Part shown: in pieces, positions 40,165 to 49,768 of the stretch
Layout: every line of letters begins with the position of its first letter
Position numbering within the stretch: the stretch's first letter is position 1
Origin: Calditrichales bacterium
GTDB lineage: Bacteria > Calditrichota > Calditrichia > Calditrichales > J004
Reading direction: 5' to 3'
Length of the DNA: 64,000 bases
NCBI GenBank assembly: GCA_965267575.1
Contig: OZ254086.1
Location: 3,008,001-3,072,000, forward strand
Translations under genes and position numbers: made by a program
Notes under the pieces: generated by a model
Seen by the model: only the letters and a program-made list of their open reading frames with translations
Told to the model about the DNA's origin: nothing
Databases searched by the model: none

Positions 40165-41055
40165 TTAGTTTCCGTGGCATGGCGCGCATACCGTTTGAGC
40201 GTTGCTCTCATGGCAGGAGGCACATGCTTCCAGATCGTTAATAGCTTCCAATGCGTGCAGACCGCCGTTGTTGGGAATGTTGTTTACCCAACCGGCGCCG
40301 TGATTATGCGGCAGTACGTTGTTATCACGGTGGCAATCGATGCAGAATTGCCGGTTTGTATGGCAGCTGCTGCAGTTATTCATTTTGTTGGCGGCGTCCA
40401 GCGCGTGCGTGAATTCATAATTCAGCGGGTGCGTCAGCCGGTCAACGTTTTCACCTTCGTGGCAATCCTGGCAGAAGTTCTGGCTGTGACAGCTTACGCA
40501 ATCCATGCCGGAAGATTTTTGAATAGCGCCGGTGCGCGCCAGTATCGCGTGATTGTGAATAAAATCCAGCGTGTGTGTGACAGGCCGCAGATCTTCGCTG
40601 GGCAGGTGGCAGCTTTCGCAGGTGTTTACCACAAGCTTTTGCTCGTGGCAATCCATACATTCAACCATGCCCGGCAGGTCCAGCGGCAGCACCTCTTCTT
40701 TTGCGGCAACCATCCGGTGGCAGTCGGCGCATTCCTGGCCGGCTTCGGCATGCAGCTTGTGTGAGAAGAGTACGCTGTATTCTGTTACCTGGGGCATATT
40801 GGCGAAATCAGGCAAATCTTCGGCATCATGGCAATCCAGGCACATGTCGCGGTTGGGCATAAGGTTGTCGGCACCGGTAGTGCTTTCGGCGGCAGCGCCA
40901 TGGCAATCGGCACATTCAAGGCCTTCACCTTCCACATGAACGGCATGCGGAAATTCAAAGCCGGTCTGTTCGTCCTCGCCGGAAAAAACAGCCCCGCTCA
41001 GCAACAGCAGCATGATGGCGCCAATGATCGTTAAAAATGTCGCGCGTGTTTTCAT
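40165..41055 (-). CDS. Periplasmic multiheme cytochrome c (11 CxxCH)
   Basis: Signal peptide; 11 CxxCH; FPHAVH and FSHKLH c3/c7-like ligand motifs. Confidence 0.92.
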   Translation of the reverse strand: MKTRATFLTIIGAIMLLLLSGAVFSGEDEQTGFEFPHAVHVEGEGLECADCHGAAAESTTGADNLMPNRDMCLDCHDAEDLPDFANMPQVTEYSVLFSHKLHAEAGQECADCHRMVAAKEEVLPLDLPGMVECMDCHEQKLVVNTCESCHLPSEDLRPVTHTLDFIHNHAILARTGAIQKSSGMDCVSCHSQNFCQDCHEGENVDRLTHPLNYEFTHALDAANKMNNCSSCHTNRQFCIDCHRDNNVLPHNHGAGWVNNIPNNGGLHALEAINDLEACASCHESNAQTVCAPCHGN

Positions 41056-41059
41056 GTTA

Positions 41060-42247
41060 TCAGTCCCCGGAGTTCGATTTAAAATTGAACATATAAGTAA
41101 GCCTGAACAGGCCTCTTAAATCGTTGTCATATGCGCTGTTGCGGCTTTCCTGCAAATCGGCCCTTAAAATTATGTCGTCAATCGGGCGGTAGTCGATACC
41201 GGCGGAAAGGGCAACGGCGTCCTCTGTAATTTCTGTTGTTTGGCGCTGATAGTTGTAATAGCTGCTGTACAGGCGCAGGGTAAGCTGGTTAAGTACCGGG
41301 TAACGGATATCCCCATAGATTCCGGCATTGTCTCCGGCAAAACCTTCCTGGAATACCAGCCCGATAATCCCGTAGCGGTTTCCTGCCGTGGCAATTACCT
41401 GCTGGGTATGATCGTTTTCATAGTTGGTGAGCGCATACTGCAATCCTAGTTGGATCGCATTCCACTGGTAGGTAGCGCCGCCCCGCATCTGCTGGTACTC
41501 TTCAAGCTCAAAGATACGGAAGAAGGAGTCTTCCAGGATGCGTGGTTTCTGCATGCTGTATTCACCATGGAAAGACCAGTCCGACCAGTAGTAGGTGAGT
41601 CTTGCGCGGGTACCCTGAATTTCCGAGGAAGCCAGGTTATGTTCGTATTGCAGAATGTAGAACAGCGAACGATCCAGAAAGTTGCCATTAAAGCCCGCGC
41701 CGACCTGTTGCCAGATAATCTCGCTGTCGCGTTCCTGCTGAACAAAACTGACATCGGCTTTATGCTCCTGCCAGTAATTATAGGAAGCGTAGGCACCGTA
41801 GAACGTGCTGTCCGTTCCAGCGGTCTCTATGCTTCTGCGCAGGGGAGCGTCCAGTCCTCCGAAAGCCTTGAGCGTAAGGCCGGCTATCGGAGACAGACTG
41901 ACCATTGCGCCATCGAAGGTGCCGTTCACAACGCCGCTGTAAGCAAACTGGCGTCCCAAACGGACCTGATATGTGCTGGCTGTCCAGTCCAGGTAAGTAT
42001 TATAAACGCGTTCCTCCCAATCGGCATCACCGCGTTTCTGGATTTGGAAGGACGTATTAAAAGCGGCTTCGGGTATGGCGCCGTTGCGGGCGCGCAGGTG
42101 AAATCCCTGATAAAAATTACCTTGCTGCACGTTATCCGGGGTTTCGAAGCTGTATACCCAGGAGCTCAGGTTTCCGTTTAATGCCCACTGAGCATTCAGC
42201 CCGGAGCAGAAAAACAGAATCAGTGTAAGGGTTAGAAGACGAAACAT
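41060..42247 (-). CDS. Outer-membrane beta-barrel (porin of a porin-cytochrome complex)
   Basis: Signal peptide, aromatic amphipathic strands throughout, no hemes, located between cytochrome genes. Confidence 0.8.
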   Translation of the reverse strand: MFRLLTLTLILFFCSGLNAQWALNGNLSSWVYSFETPDNVQQGNFYQGFHLRARNGAIPEAAFNTSFQIQKRGDADWEERVYNTYLDWTASTYQVRLGRQFAYSGVVNGTFDGAMVSLSPIAGLTLKAFGGLDAPLRRSIETAGTDSTFYGAYASYNYWQEHKADVSFVQQERDSEIIWQQVGAGFNGNFLDRSLFYILQYEHNLASSEIQGTRARLTYYWSDWSFHGEYSMQKPRILEDSFFRIFELEEYQQMRGGATYQWNAIQLGLQYALTNYENDHTQQVIATAGNRYGIIGLVFQEGFAGDNAGIYGDIRYPVLNQLTLRLYSSYYNYQRQTTEITEDAVALSAGIDYRPIDDIILRADLQESRNSAYDNDLRGLFRLTYMFNFKSNSGD

Positions 42248-42286
42248 GGTTGGTAGCCCCGATGAGTTAGAATATGTATGTATTAT

Positions 42287-42320
42287 AAAAAAGGGCTTCC
42301 CAAAAGGAAAGCCCTTTCTT
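42287..42320 (-). terminator. Internal terminator-like hairpin after first gene of the conduit operon
   Basis: Minus strand AAAGGGCTTTCC-TTTT-GGGAAGCCCTTT followed by T's. Confidence 0.72.
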
Positions 42321-42334
42321 TGGTAAATTCCGTG

Positions 42335-44098
42335 TTACCACTTTCTGACAACAGCGTTCTGAGAACCATCACGAACGATGCTGGCACCGGCTACATCCTG
42401 ACCGGTTAAGTGTTTATAGCTTTGCTGCAGCAGCTGTACTGCGTAATCCGGGTTGTGAACACCTTTACTCTTATCGTCTACAACGAATACCCAGTTCCAT
42501 CCGGCTTCGCGCATACGAACGGTAGAGGAGTCAACAACACCCAGGTAATGAGCCAGGTCAAAATCATCAGCACCTGTATCGATACCAAGATTCAGAGCTT
42601 CCAGGCTGTCAACGAGAGCGGCTTCCAACAGGGTCATCAAGCCAACAACTTCACTTTGAACACCTTCAACAGCGCCGTCACCATCAAAATCTTCCAGGGC
42701 TTTGATATCATCAAAGCTGGCGATTTCACCGTGGCAGTTTGCACAAGCAGCTGTAGTCGGCAAGAATGTGTGGCCCGTAATAGCCGTCGTGCCGTCATAC
42801 TCAACCATATTCAGGTGGCATGTTTTGCAGGAGTTCTGAACTTTGATGTGCGAAGGATCCGCCCATACAAAGCCAGGGTCTGCAACTGCATGATAACCAG
42901 TTTTACCGGCAGCCATGTCAGCTTGCGGGTTGGCATGCGGACCAAAGTGAGCATAACCTTCAGCTATTTGTGATTCGCCTGCGCGGCGAGCGTGGTGGCA
43001 GTGCATACAAAGTTTGCCTGTACCGCCTTCAGTGATAATCGGGCTTTCGCCATTAGCGGTAGTTAAAGGTACATCAGCAACTGTGCGCAGTTGACCAGGG
43101 TTTTCATTGCTATGTGAGGAATGGCAGGCCTGGCAAGTAATCGGCTGGGCGGCTACTTCTTCATAAGTAGGCCGTTCGGCTACAGAGCCACCGCCATAGA
43201 ATGCGCTAACGTCGCCGCTAAGACGAAGAGCTCCGGCAACGCCTTCATGACATCCGGCGCAGCTTCCGCGAAGACCGGCACCATGCGAACCCTCTTCAGG
43301 AAGGAAGTTATGCGGTGATTCTTCCCATTCCGTAGCATACGGATGGTGAGCGCCTTCATGGCACTTGGCGCAGTTATCAACAGCAAAACTGACTTCAATG
43401 TCGTCAGCGCTTAACGAAGCAACGTGCTCGGAACCGGCACCGTGGCAGTTTTCGCACTGAACGTCTTCAAACAGGGCGATCGGAGCTTCATCATAACCGC
43501 TGTTACCGGTCATGGCTTCCGGTTCATAGCCAACGCTGTGGCAGGGGAAGCAGTAAGAACGAGCGTGATCGCTTTCCATTAAACCGGCCCAGGCATGGGC
43601 GTGGCCTGTTTCAGCCCAGTCAGCATGTGTAGAGCTGTGACAGCCCTGGCAGTTAACATCACCTATATAATAGGGTGTTTCTGTCGGTGCGTACATACCA
43701 ACACCGATCAGTTTAGTACCAATGGCGATATTCTCACCGTCGGTAACGTGAACAGAAATTGTATAAGCCCCTTCTTCTCCCGGCGCTGTCCAGTTTACAG
43801 TGTCACCGACCTGGGTATCGAAAGAACCGACATCGGAGAACCAGCGGAAAATAACATCATCACCGGCGCCGGCGGCTTTGGTGATATCCGCGGTCAAAGC
43901 GATCGTTCCACCGACAGTTACGGAGTCGGGTGTCGCGTAAACAGCATCAACACTGATGATCTGTACCATCACTTCAACAGTGTCACGAACGGTGACCGTT
44001 TCAACCACTGTCTTTTCGTCTTCGCAGCGGTTAAGTACGATCATGCTGGAAAATAAGAGGGGTAACAATAATGCAGATAATAAATGTGAACGTTTCAT
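42335..44098 (-). CDS. Nonaheme cytochrome c lipoprotein with Ig/PKD-like N-domain and NrfA/HAO-family C-terminal bundle (OcwA/OmcB-like)
   Basis: Lipobox-like LNRC; 9 CxxCH; DKSKGVHNPDYAVQLL; WTAP-containing Ig-like domain. Confidence 0.85.
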   Translation of the reverse strand: MKRSHLLSALLLPLLFSSMIVLNRCEDEKTVVETVTVRDTVEVMVQIISVDAVYATPDSVTVGGTIALTADITKAAGAGDDVIFRWFSDVGSFDTQVGDTVNWTAPGEEGAYTISVHVTDGENIAIGTKLIGVGMYAPTETPYYIGDVNCQGCHSSTHADWAETGHAHAWAGLMESDHARSYCFPCHSVGYEPEAMTGNSGYDEAPIALFEDVQCENCHGAGSEHVASLSADDIEVSFAVDNCAKCHEGAHHPYATEWEESPHNFLPEEGSHGAGLRGSCAGCHEGVAGALRLSGDVSAFYGGGSVAERPTYEEVAAQPITCQACHSSHSNENPGQLRTVADVPLTTANGESPIITEGGTGKLCMHCHHARRAGESQIAEGYAHFGPHANPQADMAAGKTGYHAVADPGFVWADPSHIKVQNSCKTCHLNMVEYDGTTAITGHTFLPTTAACANCHGEIASFDDIKALEDFDGDGAVEGVQSEVVGLMTLLEAALVDSLEALNLGIDTGADDFDLAHYLGVVDSSTVRMREAGWNWVFVVDDKSKGVHNPDYAVQLLQQSYKHLTGQDVAGASIVRDGSQNAVVRKW

Positions 44099-44142
44099 GA
44101 ACGCCCCCTTGGTTAGTTAATTAATGCGTCGCACTTTTACTT

Positions 44143-44158
44143 ATCATTTAGTGTGCCA
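44143..44158 (-). promoter_or_regulatory. Candidate sigma-54 promoter for the conduit operon
   Basis: Minus strand TGGCAC-ACTAA-ATGAT; perfect -24 element, variant -12 (GA instead of GC). Confidence 0.6.
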
Positions 44159-44245
44159 AAAACGAAATAGAGATTCTAAGTTCAAATTTAACAGTACTTT
44201 ACAAATGCTGATTGTCTGTTGGCAATAATTTGCCTTCGTTTGGAA

Positions 44246-44352
44246 TGAGACATATATGTCCCTCTCCATGCCTGAATTCAACGTAACTATTTGTTTTTAT
44301 TGGCTTAAAATGCATGAGAAGATTATGTCGCATATGGGACTGCAATGTCGCA
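44246..44352. promoter_or_regulatory. Three 18-bp pseudo-palindromic repeats, candidate enhancer (UAS) sites
   Basis: TGAGAC-ATATAT-GTCCCT (44246), TGAGAA-GATTAT-GTCGCA (44315), TGGGAC-TGCAAT-GTCGCA (44335). Confidence 0.65.
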
Positions 44353-44422
44353 TTGTGCGCGCTTTTTTCTAAAAAAACAGAGTAAAAGGGGCAAAAGACA
44401 CCTTAAAAAAGCACTTTTATCT

Positions 44423-44438
44423 TGGTACAAAGTTTGTA
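44423..44438 (+). promoter_or_regulatory. Candidate sigma-54 promoter for the kinase/cbcL/imcH operon
   Basis: TGGTAC-AAAGT-TTGTA, GG-N10-GT, about 35 nt before ATG 44473. Confidence 0.5.
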
Positions 44439-44472
44439 TATTTAATCAGGAGAGTTTAACAGGCAAAACAAG

Positions 44473-45972
44473 ATGAAGCTCTCCGACTTTACATTGAAGT
44501 CCCGCATCCAAATTCTAGTAACCGTCCTCCTCATGGTGACCGTTGGTGGACCGCTGTTTATGGTGGTTTACCAGATGGATAAAATCCAGGAAGAGTTATC
44601 CGGCAATATGGTTGAATCCGCAACGCAGTTAATTTATCGCTCTGCTTTTGATGCATTTATGGTGCGCGATACGGCGCAGATACAGCAAATTATGCAAAGT
44701 TTTGGCCAACGCTCCGATATCGAAGCACTGAGACTTTTTCGTCCCGACGGAAAGGTGATCTATTCTTCTGACCCTGCGGAAAAAGGACACAATATTTTCG
44801 AGCTGCCCAATTCAGCCCACACCAAAGATGATGACGCCAATGTCGAAACCTTTTTGCGCAGCGGTGATTTGCTGATCCATAACCACCCCATTTTTCTGCA
44901 GAAAGAGTGCCTCTCCTGTCACGTGCATCAAAGCGTAAATACGTTGCCCGGAGTCTTACAGGTGCAGGTGGCCCTGCCGCAGGCCGCGGTTGTTTATCCG
45001 CAGCTGCGCAACAGGATGATTCTGGGAGCCATTTTTATAATTGTCATTCTCTGGGTGGCTTTTAATTTTCTTTACGAGAGCCAGATTGAAAGCCGGCTAA
45101 AGCGGATCATTGTTGGATTTGATAAACTGAAGCGCGGCGATCTGACGGCCCGTGTGAAAATGGAGGGACGTCACGAACTGGCGCACCTGGCCGAACGCTT
45201 CAATGAAACGGTTGAGGCGCTTGCCGACGCGCGAAAGAAAGAGGCAAAACTGCTAAGCGAAAACCTTAACCACGCCGACAAACTTGTTACACTGGGTGAA
45301 GTTGCCGCAGAAATAGCCCATGAGGTAAATAATCCCGTTGGCATACTGCGTACACGCGCTGAGATATTAAAAGAAGAGCTGGAAGAGCTTTCTAATTATT
45401 CCGTCTACATGGAGGACATTGAAGAGATCATACGGCAGAGTGATAATATTGCCGAAACCACGCACCGCATTTTGCATTACGCACGCATGCTGCCGCAGGA
45501 TTTTGAAAAGGTCGATCTGCGCAAAACGGTTTACGGTGCCGTTGAAAGTCTTGGCGGACGTTTCAATGAAAAAAATATCGGCTTCGATTTTAATGCCGAT
45601 GCAAGCGAGGCCTTGGTTTTGGGTAATCCTGATCAGCTGCAACAGGCACTGCGCAACCTGCTCAACAACAGCCTGGATGTGCTTGATGAAGGGGGCAAAA
45701 TTTCAGTTTCTCTGGAAAAACATGAAAACGATCGGCGTAATAAAAAATATTTTCGTATAATAATAAGCGATAATGGACCGGGTGTGGCCAGGGAAGTGGA
45801 AAAAGATATCTTCTCGCCATTCTTCTCAACACGCAATGATGCTATGCATCCGGGATTGGGATTATTTATAGTGCGCGTGGTGGTGGCCAATCACCATGGC
45901 CGGGTGTTTCTGGAAAATAACGGCACACAGGGCGCCCGATTTGTAATTGAGCTGGAGACATTGAATGAATAA
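44473..45972 (+). CDS. Sensor histidine kinase with periplasmic CxxCH heme motif
   Basis: TM-periplasmic domain with CLSCH-TM-HAMP; AHEVNNP H-box; DNGPG, GLGL. Confidence 0.92.
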   Translation: MKLSDFTLKSRIQILVTVLLMVTVGGPLFMVVYQMDKIQEELSGNMVESATQLIYRSAFDAFMVRDTAQIQQIMQSFGQRSDIEALRLFRPDGKVIYSSDPAEKGHNIFELPNSAHTKDDDANVETFLRSGDLLIHNHPIFLQKECLSCHVHQSVNTLPGVLQVQVALPQAAVVYPQLRNRMILGAIFIIVILWVAFNFLYESQIESRLKRIIVGFDKLKRGDLTARVKMEGRHELAHLAERFNETVEALADARKKEAKLLSENLNHADKLVTLGEVAAEIAHEVNNPVGILRTRAEILKEELEELSNYSVYMEDIEEIIRQSDNIAETTHRILHYARMLPQDFEKVDLRKTVYGAVESLGGRFNEKNIGFDFNADASEALVLGNPDQLQQALRNLLNNSLDVLDEGGKISVSLEKHENDRRNKKYFRIIISDNGPGVAREVEKDIFSPFFSTRNDAMHPGLGLFIVRVVVANHHGRVFLENNGTQGARFVIELETLNE

Positions 45973-47326
45973 GCAAAGCATTCTGGTGGTGGACGATCAG
46001 AAAGAAATGCTGATCAGTTACCAGAAAATTCTGAATAAGGCAGGGTATGAGGTGATAACCGCCCAGTCCGCTGAGAAAGCTTTGGATTGCTTTGACGAAA
46101 AAATGCCGGACCTGCTGATATGTGACCTGGTGATGCCCGAGATGGACGGTATGGAATTGCTGGAAACGGTTAAAAGGGATCACCCCGATTGTCCGGTTAT
46201 AATGGTGACCGGCTATGGAACGCTGGAGATTGGAGTTAAGGCGGTAAAAAGCGGTGTCTTTGATTTTCTCGAAAAACCGTTTTCCAAAGACAAACTCTTA
46301 AAGACCGTAGAACAAGCCTTGCGCCGGGTTGCACCGGGCGAAGACGAAAGCTCTGAGCATAAGAATGGATTTTCCAGCATTGTGGGCAGCAGCAATGCCA
46401 TGGAAAAAGTTTACAACATGATCCGCAAAGTGGCTTACGGTAACGCCAACGTATTGATCACGGGAGAAAGCGGCGTGGGCAAAGAGCTGGTGGCGCGCAG
46501 TATTCACAAAAACTCGGAACGTCGCAATCAGCCGATGATACCTATAAACTGCGGCGCTTTGCCGGGCAGCCTGTTTGAAAGCGAATTGTTTGGTTATGAG
46601 AAGGGCGCCTTCACCGGTGCATATCAAACCAAACCCGGCTTGATTGAACTTGCCAATGGCGGCACGCTCTTTCTGGATGAGATTTGTGAAATGCCCCTGG
46701 ATTTACAGGTGAAGCTGCTGCGCGTTCTGGAAGACCGCACCATCCGCAGGGTAGGGGGCAAAAAAGAGATCCCTATCGATGTGCGGATTATTACCGCTAC
46801 TAACCGCGATACGCAGCTTGCCGTGGAAAACGGCGTGCTGCGGGAAGATCTTTTCTTTCGCATTAATACGATCAGCATTTATATACCGCCGCTGCGTGAA
46901 CGCGACGGTGATGTTTCGCTGCTGTGCAAACATTTCTTGCAGCAGCTTAATCTGAAATACCGCAGGGGCATTGAAGGACCGGATGAAGATGCTCAGCGCA
47001 TTTTGAAAAATTACGAATGGCCGGGCAATGTGCGGGAACTGCAAAATGTTATCGAGAGGGCCTATTACCTGGCCACGCCGCCAACGATCATCCCTGAAGA
47101 CCTGCCTTCCTACCTGGCCACTAAGTCCAACGGAAAAAGCAGCAAGCAGTGGATGCACCTGGATTATAAAGACGCAAAAAACGCCGTGCTGGAAGATTTT
47201 GAGCGCGAATATCTCAAAACACGGCTGGATAAAAATGACTGGAATATTTCGCGAACAGCCGATGAATGCAAAATAGACCGACGTACTATTCACCGGCTTA
47301 TTAACAAATATGGTCTCAAACAGTAA
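45965..47326 (+). CDS. Sigma-54-dependent (NtrC-family) response regulator
   Basis: Receiver, GESGVGKE, GAFTGA, WPGNVREL, Fis-type HTH. Confidence 0.96.
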   Translation: MNKQSILVVDDQKEMLISYQKILNKAGYEVITAQSAEKALDCFDEKMPDLLICDLVMPEMDGMELLETVKRDHPDCPVIMVTGYGTLEIGVKAVKSGVFDFLEKPFSKDKLLKTVEQALRRVAPGEDESSEHKNGFSSIVGSSNAMEKVYNMIRKVAYGNANVLITGESGVGKELVARSIHKNSERRNQPMIPINCGALPGSLFESELFGYEKGAFTGAYQTKPGLIELANGGTLFLDEICEMPLDLQVKLLRVLEDRTIRRVGGKKEIPIDVRIITATNRDTQLAVENGVLREDLFFRINTISIYIPPLRERDGDVSLLCKHFLQQLNLKYRRGIEGPDEDAQRILKNYEWPGNVRELQNVIERAYYLATPPTIIPEDLPSYLATKSNGKSSKQWMHLDYKDAKNAVLEDFEREYLKTRLDKNDWNISRTADECKIDRRTIHRLINKYGLKQ

Positions 47327-47353
47327 CCCGCACGCAGCAGGAGGCAGCGAGCC

Positions 47354-49768
47354 ATGAAACGGCTAGTACTAATCCCCGCAATCGTTCTTTTGGCAATGAC
47401 TTTTTTAAGCGCTCAGGAAAACGATGATTGTTTTATCTGTCACGATGACAATGAATTAACCATGGAAAAGAGAGGTCGTGAGATTTCTCTCTATACAGAC
47501 CCTGAAGCATTCAGCCATTCCGTGCACGCAGACGTGAATTGCGTGGAGTGTCACGTAGGCTTTGATCCCGATGAAGAACCACACAAAGAGAACATTACGC
47601 CTGTAAACTGCGCCGATTGTCATGATGACGCCGTTGCCGACGTAAATTACGGCGCCCACAGCGGCAGTGTGGATTGCGCCGATTGCCACAGTGATGTTCA
47701 CAAGCCGCAAAAGGCCAGTGTATTGCAGGCCCAATGTGCCCAATGCCATGATGATGTGGCCGAAGAATTTGCCGGCAGTATTCACAAAACGCACAAGGAC
47801 GGAGCGCTTTGCGCCGATTGCCATAATACCCATAAAATTGTTACTGCCTCTTCCGAAACATGTATAGACTGCCACAGCGGCCATGAGCCTAAAACCGCCG
47901 AGGGTGAAGATCAAAAGGATTTCATTTTATCCTTTGAGACAAGCATCCACGCGGATATGCTTGATTGTGCCGACTGCCACGGCTCCCATGAAATTGTGGG
48001 CATTGATAATCCGGCCTCACCTGTATCCGAAACACGTGTTACGGAAACCTGCGTGGATTGCCACGTTGACGTTGGTGATACCTACATGGCCTCCGAGCAT
48101 GGTAAGCTTTTTGAGGAAGGCTATGAATTTGCACCGGGCTGCACGGATTGCCACGGCGAGCACAAGATTCTGTCATCCCAGGACGAACGGTCGGCCATGA
48201 GCCGTCAGAATGAGGTGGAAGTCTGTCTGAGCTGCCACCTGGACAAGCCGGAAGTATCCGAACGCATGACACACTCCAGCGGCTTCATCAAGGCCTATGA
48301 GACTAGTGTGCATGGAAAAGAATTTAAAGCCGGCAATCCCGACGCACCCGTCTGTAGTGACTGTCACGGCGCGCATGGCGCGATGAAAGCTTCGGCTGAA
48401 CAGTCGCCTGTCAATAAATTTAATATTGCCTCCACCTGCAGCAATTGTCATGGTGAGATTACCAAAGAGTTTAACCAGAGTATCCACGGCCAGGCACTTG
48501 CTGACGGCGTTGAAGACGCGGCAACCTGTACGGATTGCCATGGTGAACACGGCATCATCGAAACAGCTTCCGCCGATGCGCCGGTGGCCCCGACAAATGT
48601 TTCGCAGCAGGTCTGCGGGCCGTGCCACAGCTCTGTGCGCATGGCGGAAAAATTTGGTCTGCCATCGCAAAATCTGGGTACCTACCTGGACAGCTATCAT
48701 GGCTTGGCCGTTCGCTTTGGTGAGGTGGAAGCTGCTAACTGCGCCAGCTGCCATGGCGTGCACGACATTCTGCCTTCATCCGATCCGCAATCGATGATCC
48801 ATAAAGCTAACCTGGCAAGCACGTGCGGCTCCTGCCACCCCGGTGCCAATGAGAATTTTGCCAAGGGTAAAGTGCACATTACCGGTGAACAGGATGAAGA
48901 CGCGCTGATCTATTGGATCTCCAGCATTTACATCTTCCTGATCGTGGCCACGGTGGGCGCGATGGGCGCGCATAACCTCCTGGACTATTTCCGCAAGATG
49001 AAAGTACGTTATCGCAAACGCTATTACGAACCGGAATATATACCGATCGAAAAGAAGACCACGCATTATGAGCGAATGACAATAGAAGCCAGGCTGCAAC
49101 ATATTCTGCTGGCGGTGAGCTTCATCCTGTTGGTTATAACAGGCTTTATGCTCAAGTTCCCCGACGCCTGGTGGGTAAAATGGACACGCGCTGTTACCGG
49201 CGACTGGCTGTTTGATCTGCGCGGTTTGGTGCACCGTATCGCTGCCGTTGTTATGGTGATTGCCTCGATCTGGCACACGTATTATATCGCCTTTACGGAG
49301 CGCGGACGTCAATTTATAAAAGATATGATGTTCCGTATCCAGGACTTTAAGGATATGTGGCAGCAACTGCTCTATAACCTTGGCAAAAGCAAAACGCACC
49401 CCAAATACGATCGCTTTAACTACTACGAGAAAGTGGAATACTGGGCGCTGATCTGGGGAACGATCGTAATGACAGTTTCCGGATTTATCCTCTGGTTCGA
49501 AAACCAGTCCATGGCCTGGTTCAGCAAGCTGTTTGTGGACGTGGCTGAGGCTATCCATTACTATGAAGCATGGCTGGCGTTCCTTGCGATTGTGGTCTGG
49601 CACTTTTATTATGTTATATTCAATCCCGATGTTTATCCGCTTAATTTTACCTGGATTACCGGTAAGGTAACCGAAGAGGAGATGGAGCGTGAGCATCCGC
49701 TTGAATTGGAGAAAATTAAAAAAGAAGAACAACTTCACGATGAAGAAGGCGACGAGGAGGCCAAATGA
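47354..49768 (+). CDS. CbcL-like quinol-interacting protein: 17-heme c domain fused to cytochrome b membrane domain
   Basis: Signal peptide, 17 CxxCH, then FdnI-like b-type domain (LQHILL, VHRIAA, IHYYEA, VWHFYYVIFNP, HPLE). Confidence 0.88.
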   Translation: MKRLVLIPAIVLLAMTFLSAQENDDCFICHDDNELTMEKRGREISLYTDPEAFSHSVHADVNCVECHVGFDPDEEPHKENITPVNCADCHDDAVADVNYGAHSGSVDCADCHSDVHKPQKASVLQAQCAQCHDDVAEEFAGSIHKTHKDGALCADCHNTHKIVTASSETCIDCHSGHEPKTAEGEDQKDFILSFETSIHADMLDCADCHGSHEIVGIDNPASPVSETRVTETCVDCHVDVGDTYMASEHGKLFEEGYEFAPGCTDCHGEHKILSSQDERSAMSRQNEVEVCLSCHLDKPEVSERMTHSSGFIKAYETSVHGKEFKAGNPDAPVCSDCHGAHGAMKASAEQSPVNKFNIASTCSNCHGEITKEFNQSIHGQALADGVEDAATCTDCHGEHGIIETASADAPVAPTNVSQQVCGPCHSSVRMAEKFGLPSQNLGTYLDSYHGLAVRFGEVEAANCASCHGVHDILPSSDPQSMIHKANLASTCGSCHPGANENFAKGKVHITGEQDEDALIYWISSIYIFLIVATVGAMGAHNLLDYFRKMKVRYRKRYYEPEYIPIEKKTTHYERMTIEARLQHILLAVSFILLVITGFMLKFPDAWWVKWTRAVTGDWLFDLRGLVHRIAAVVMVIASIWHTYYIAFTERGRQFIKDMMFRIQDFKDMWQQLLYNLGKSKTHPKYDRFNYYEKVEYWALIWGTIVMTVSGFILWFENQSMAWFSKLFVDVAEAIHYYEAWLAFLAIVVWHFYYVIFNPDVYPLNFTWITGKVTEEEMEREHPLELEKIKKEEQLHDEEGDEEAK

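Noticed and set aside
42335..44098. Ammonia-forming nitrite reductase NrfA
   Set aside because: No CxxCK catalytic heme motif; nine CxxCH and a lipoprotein Ig-like domain
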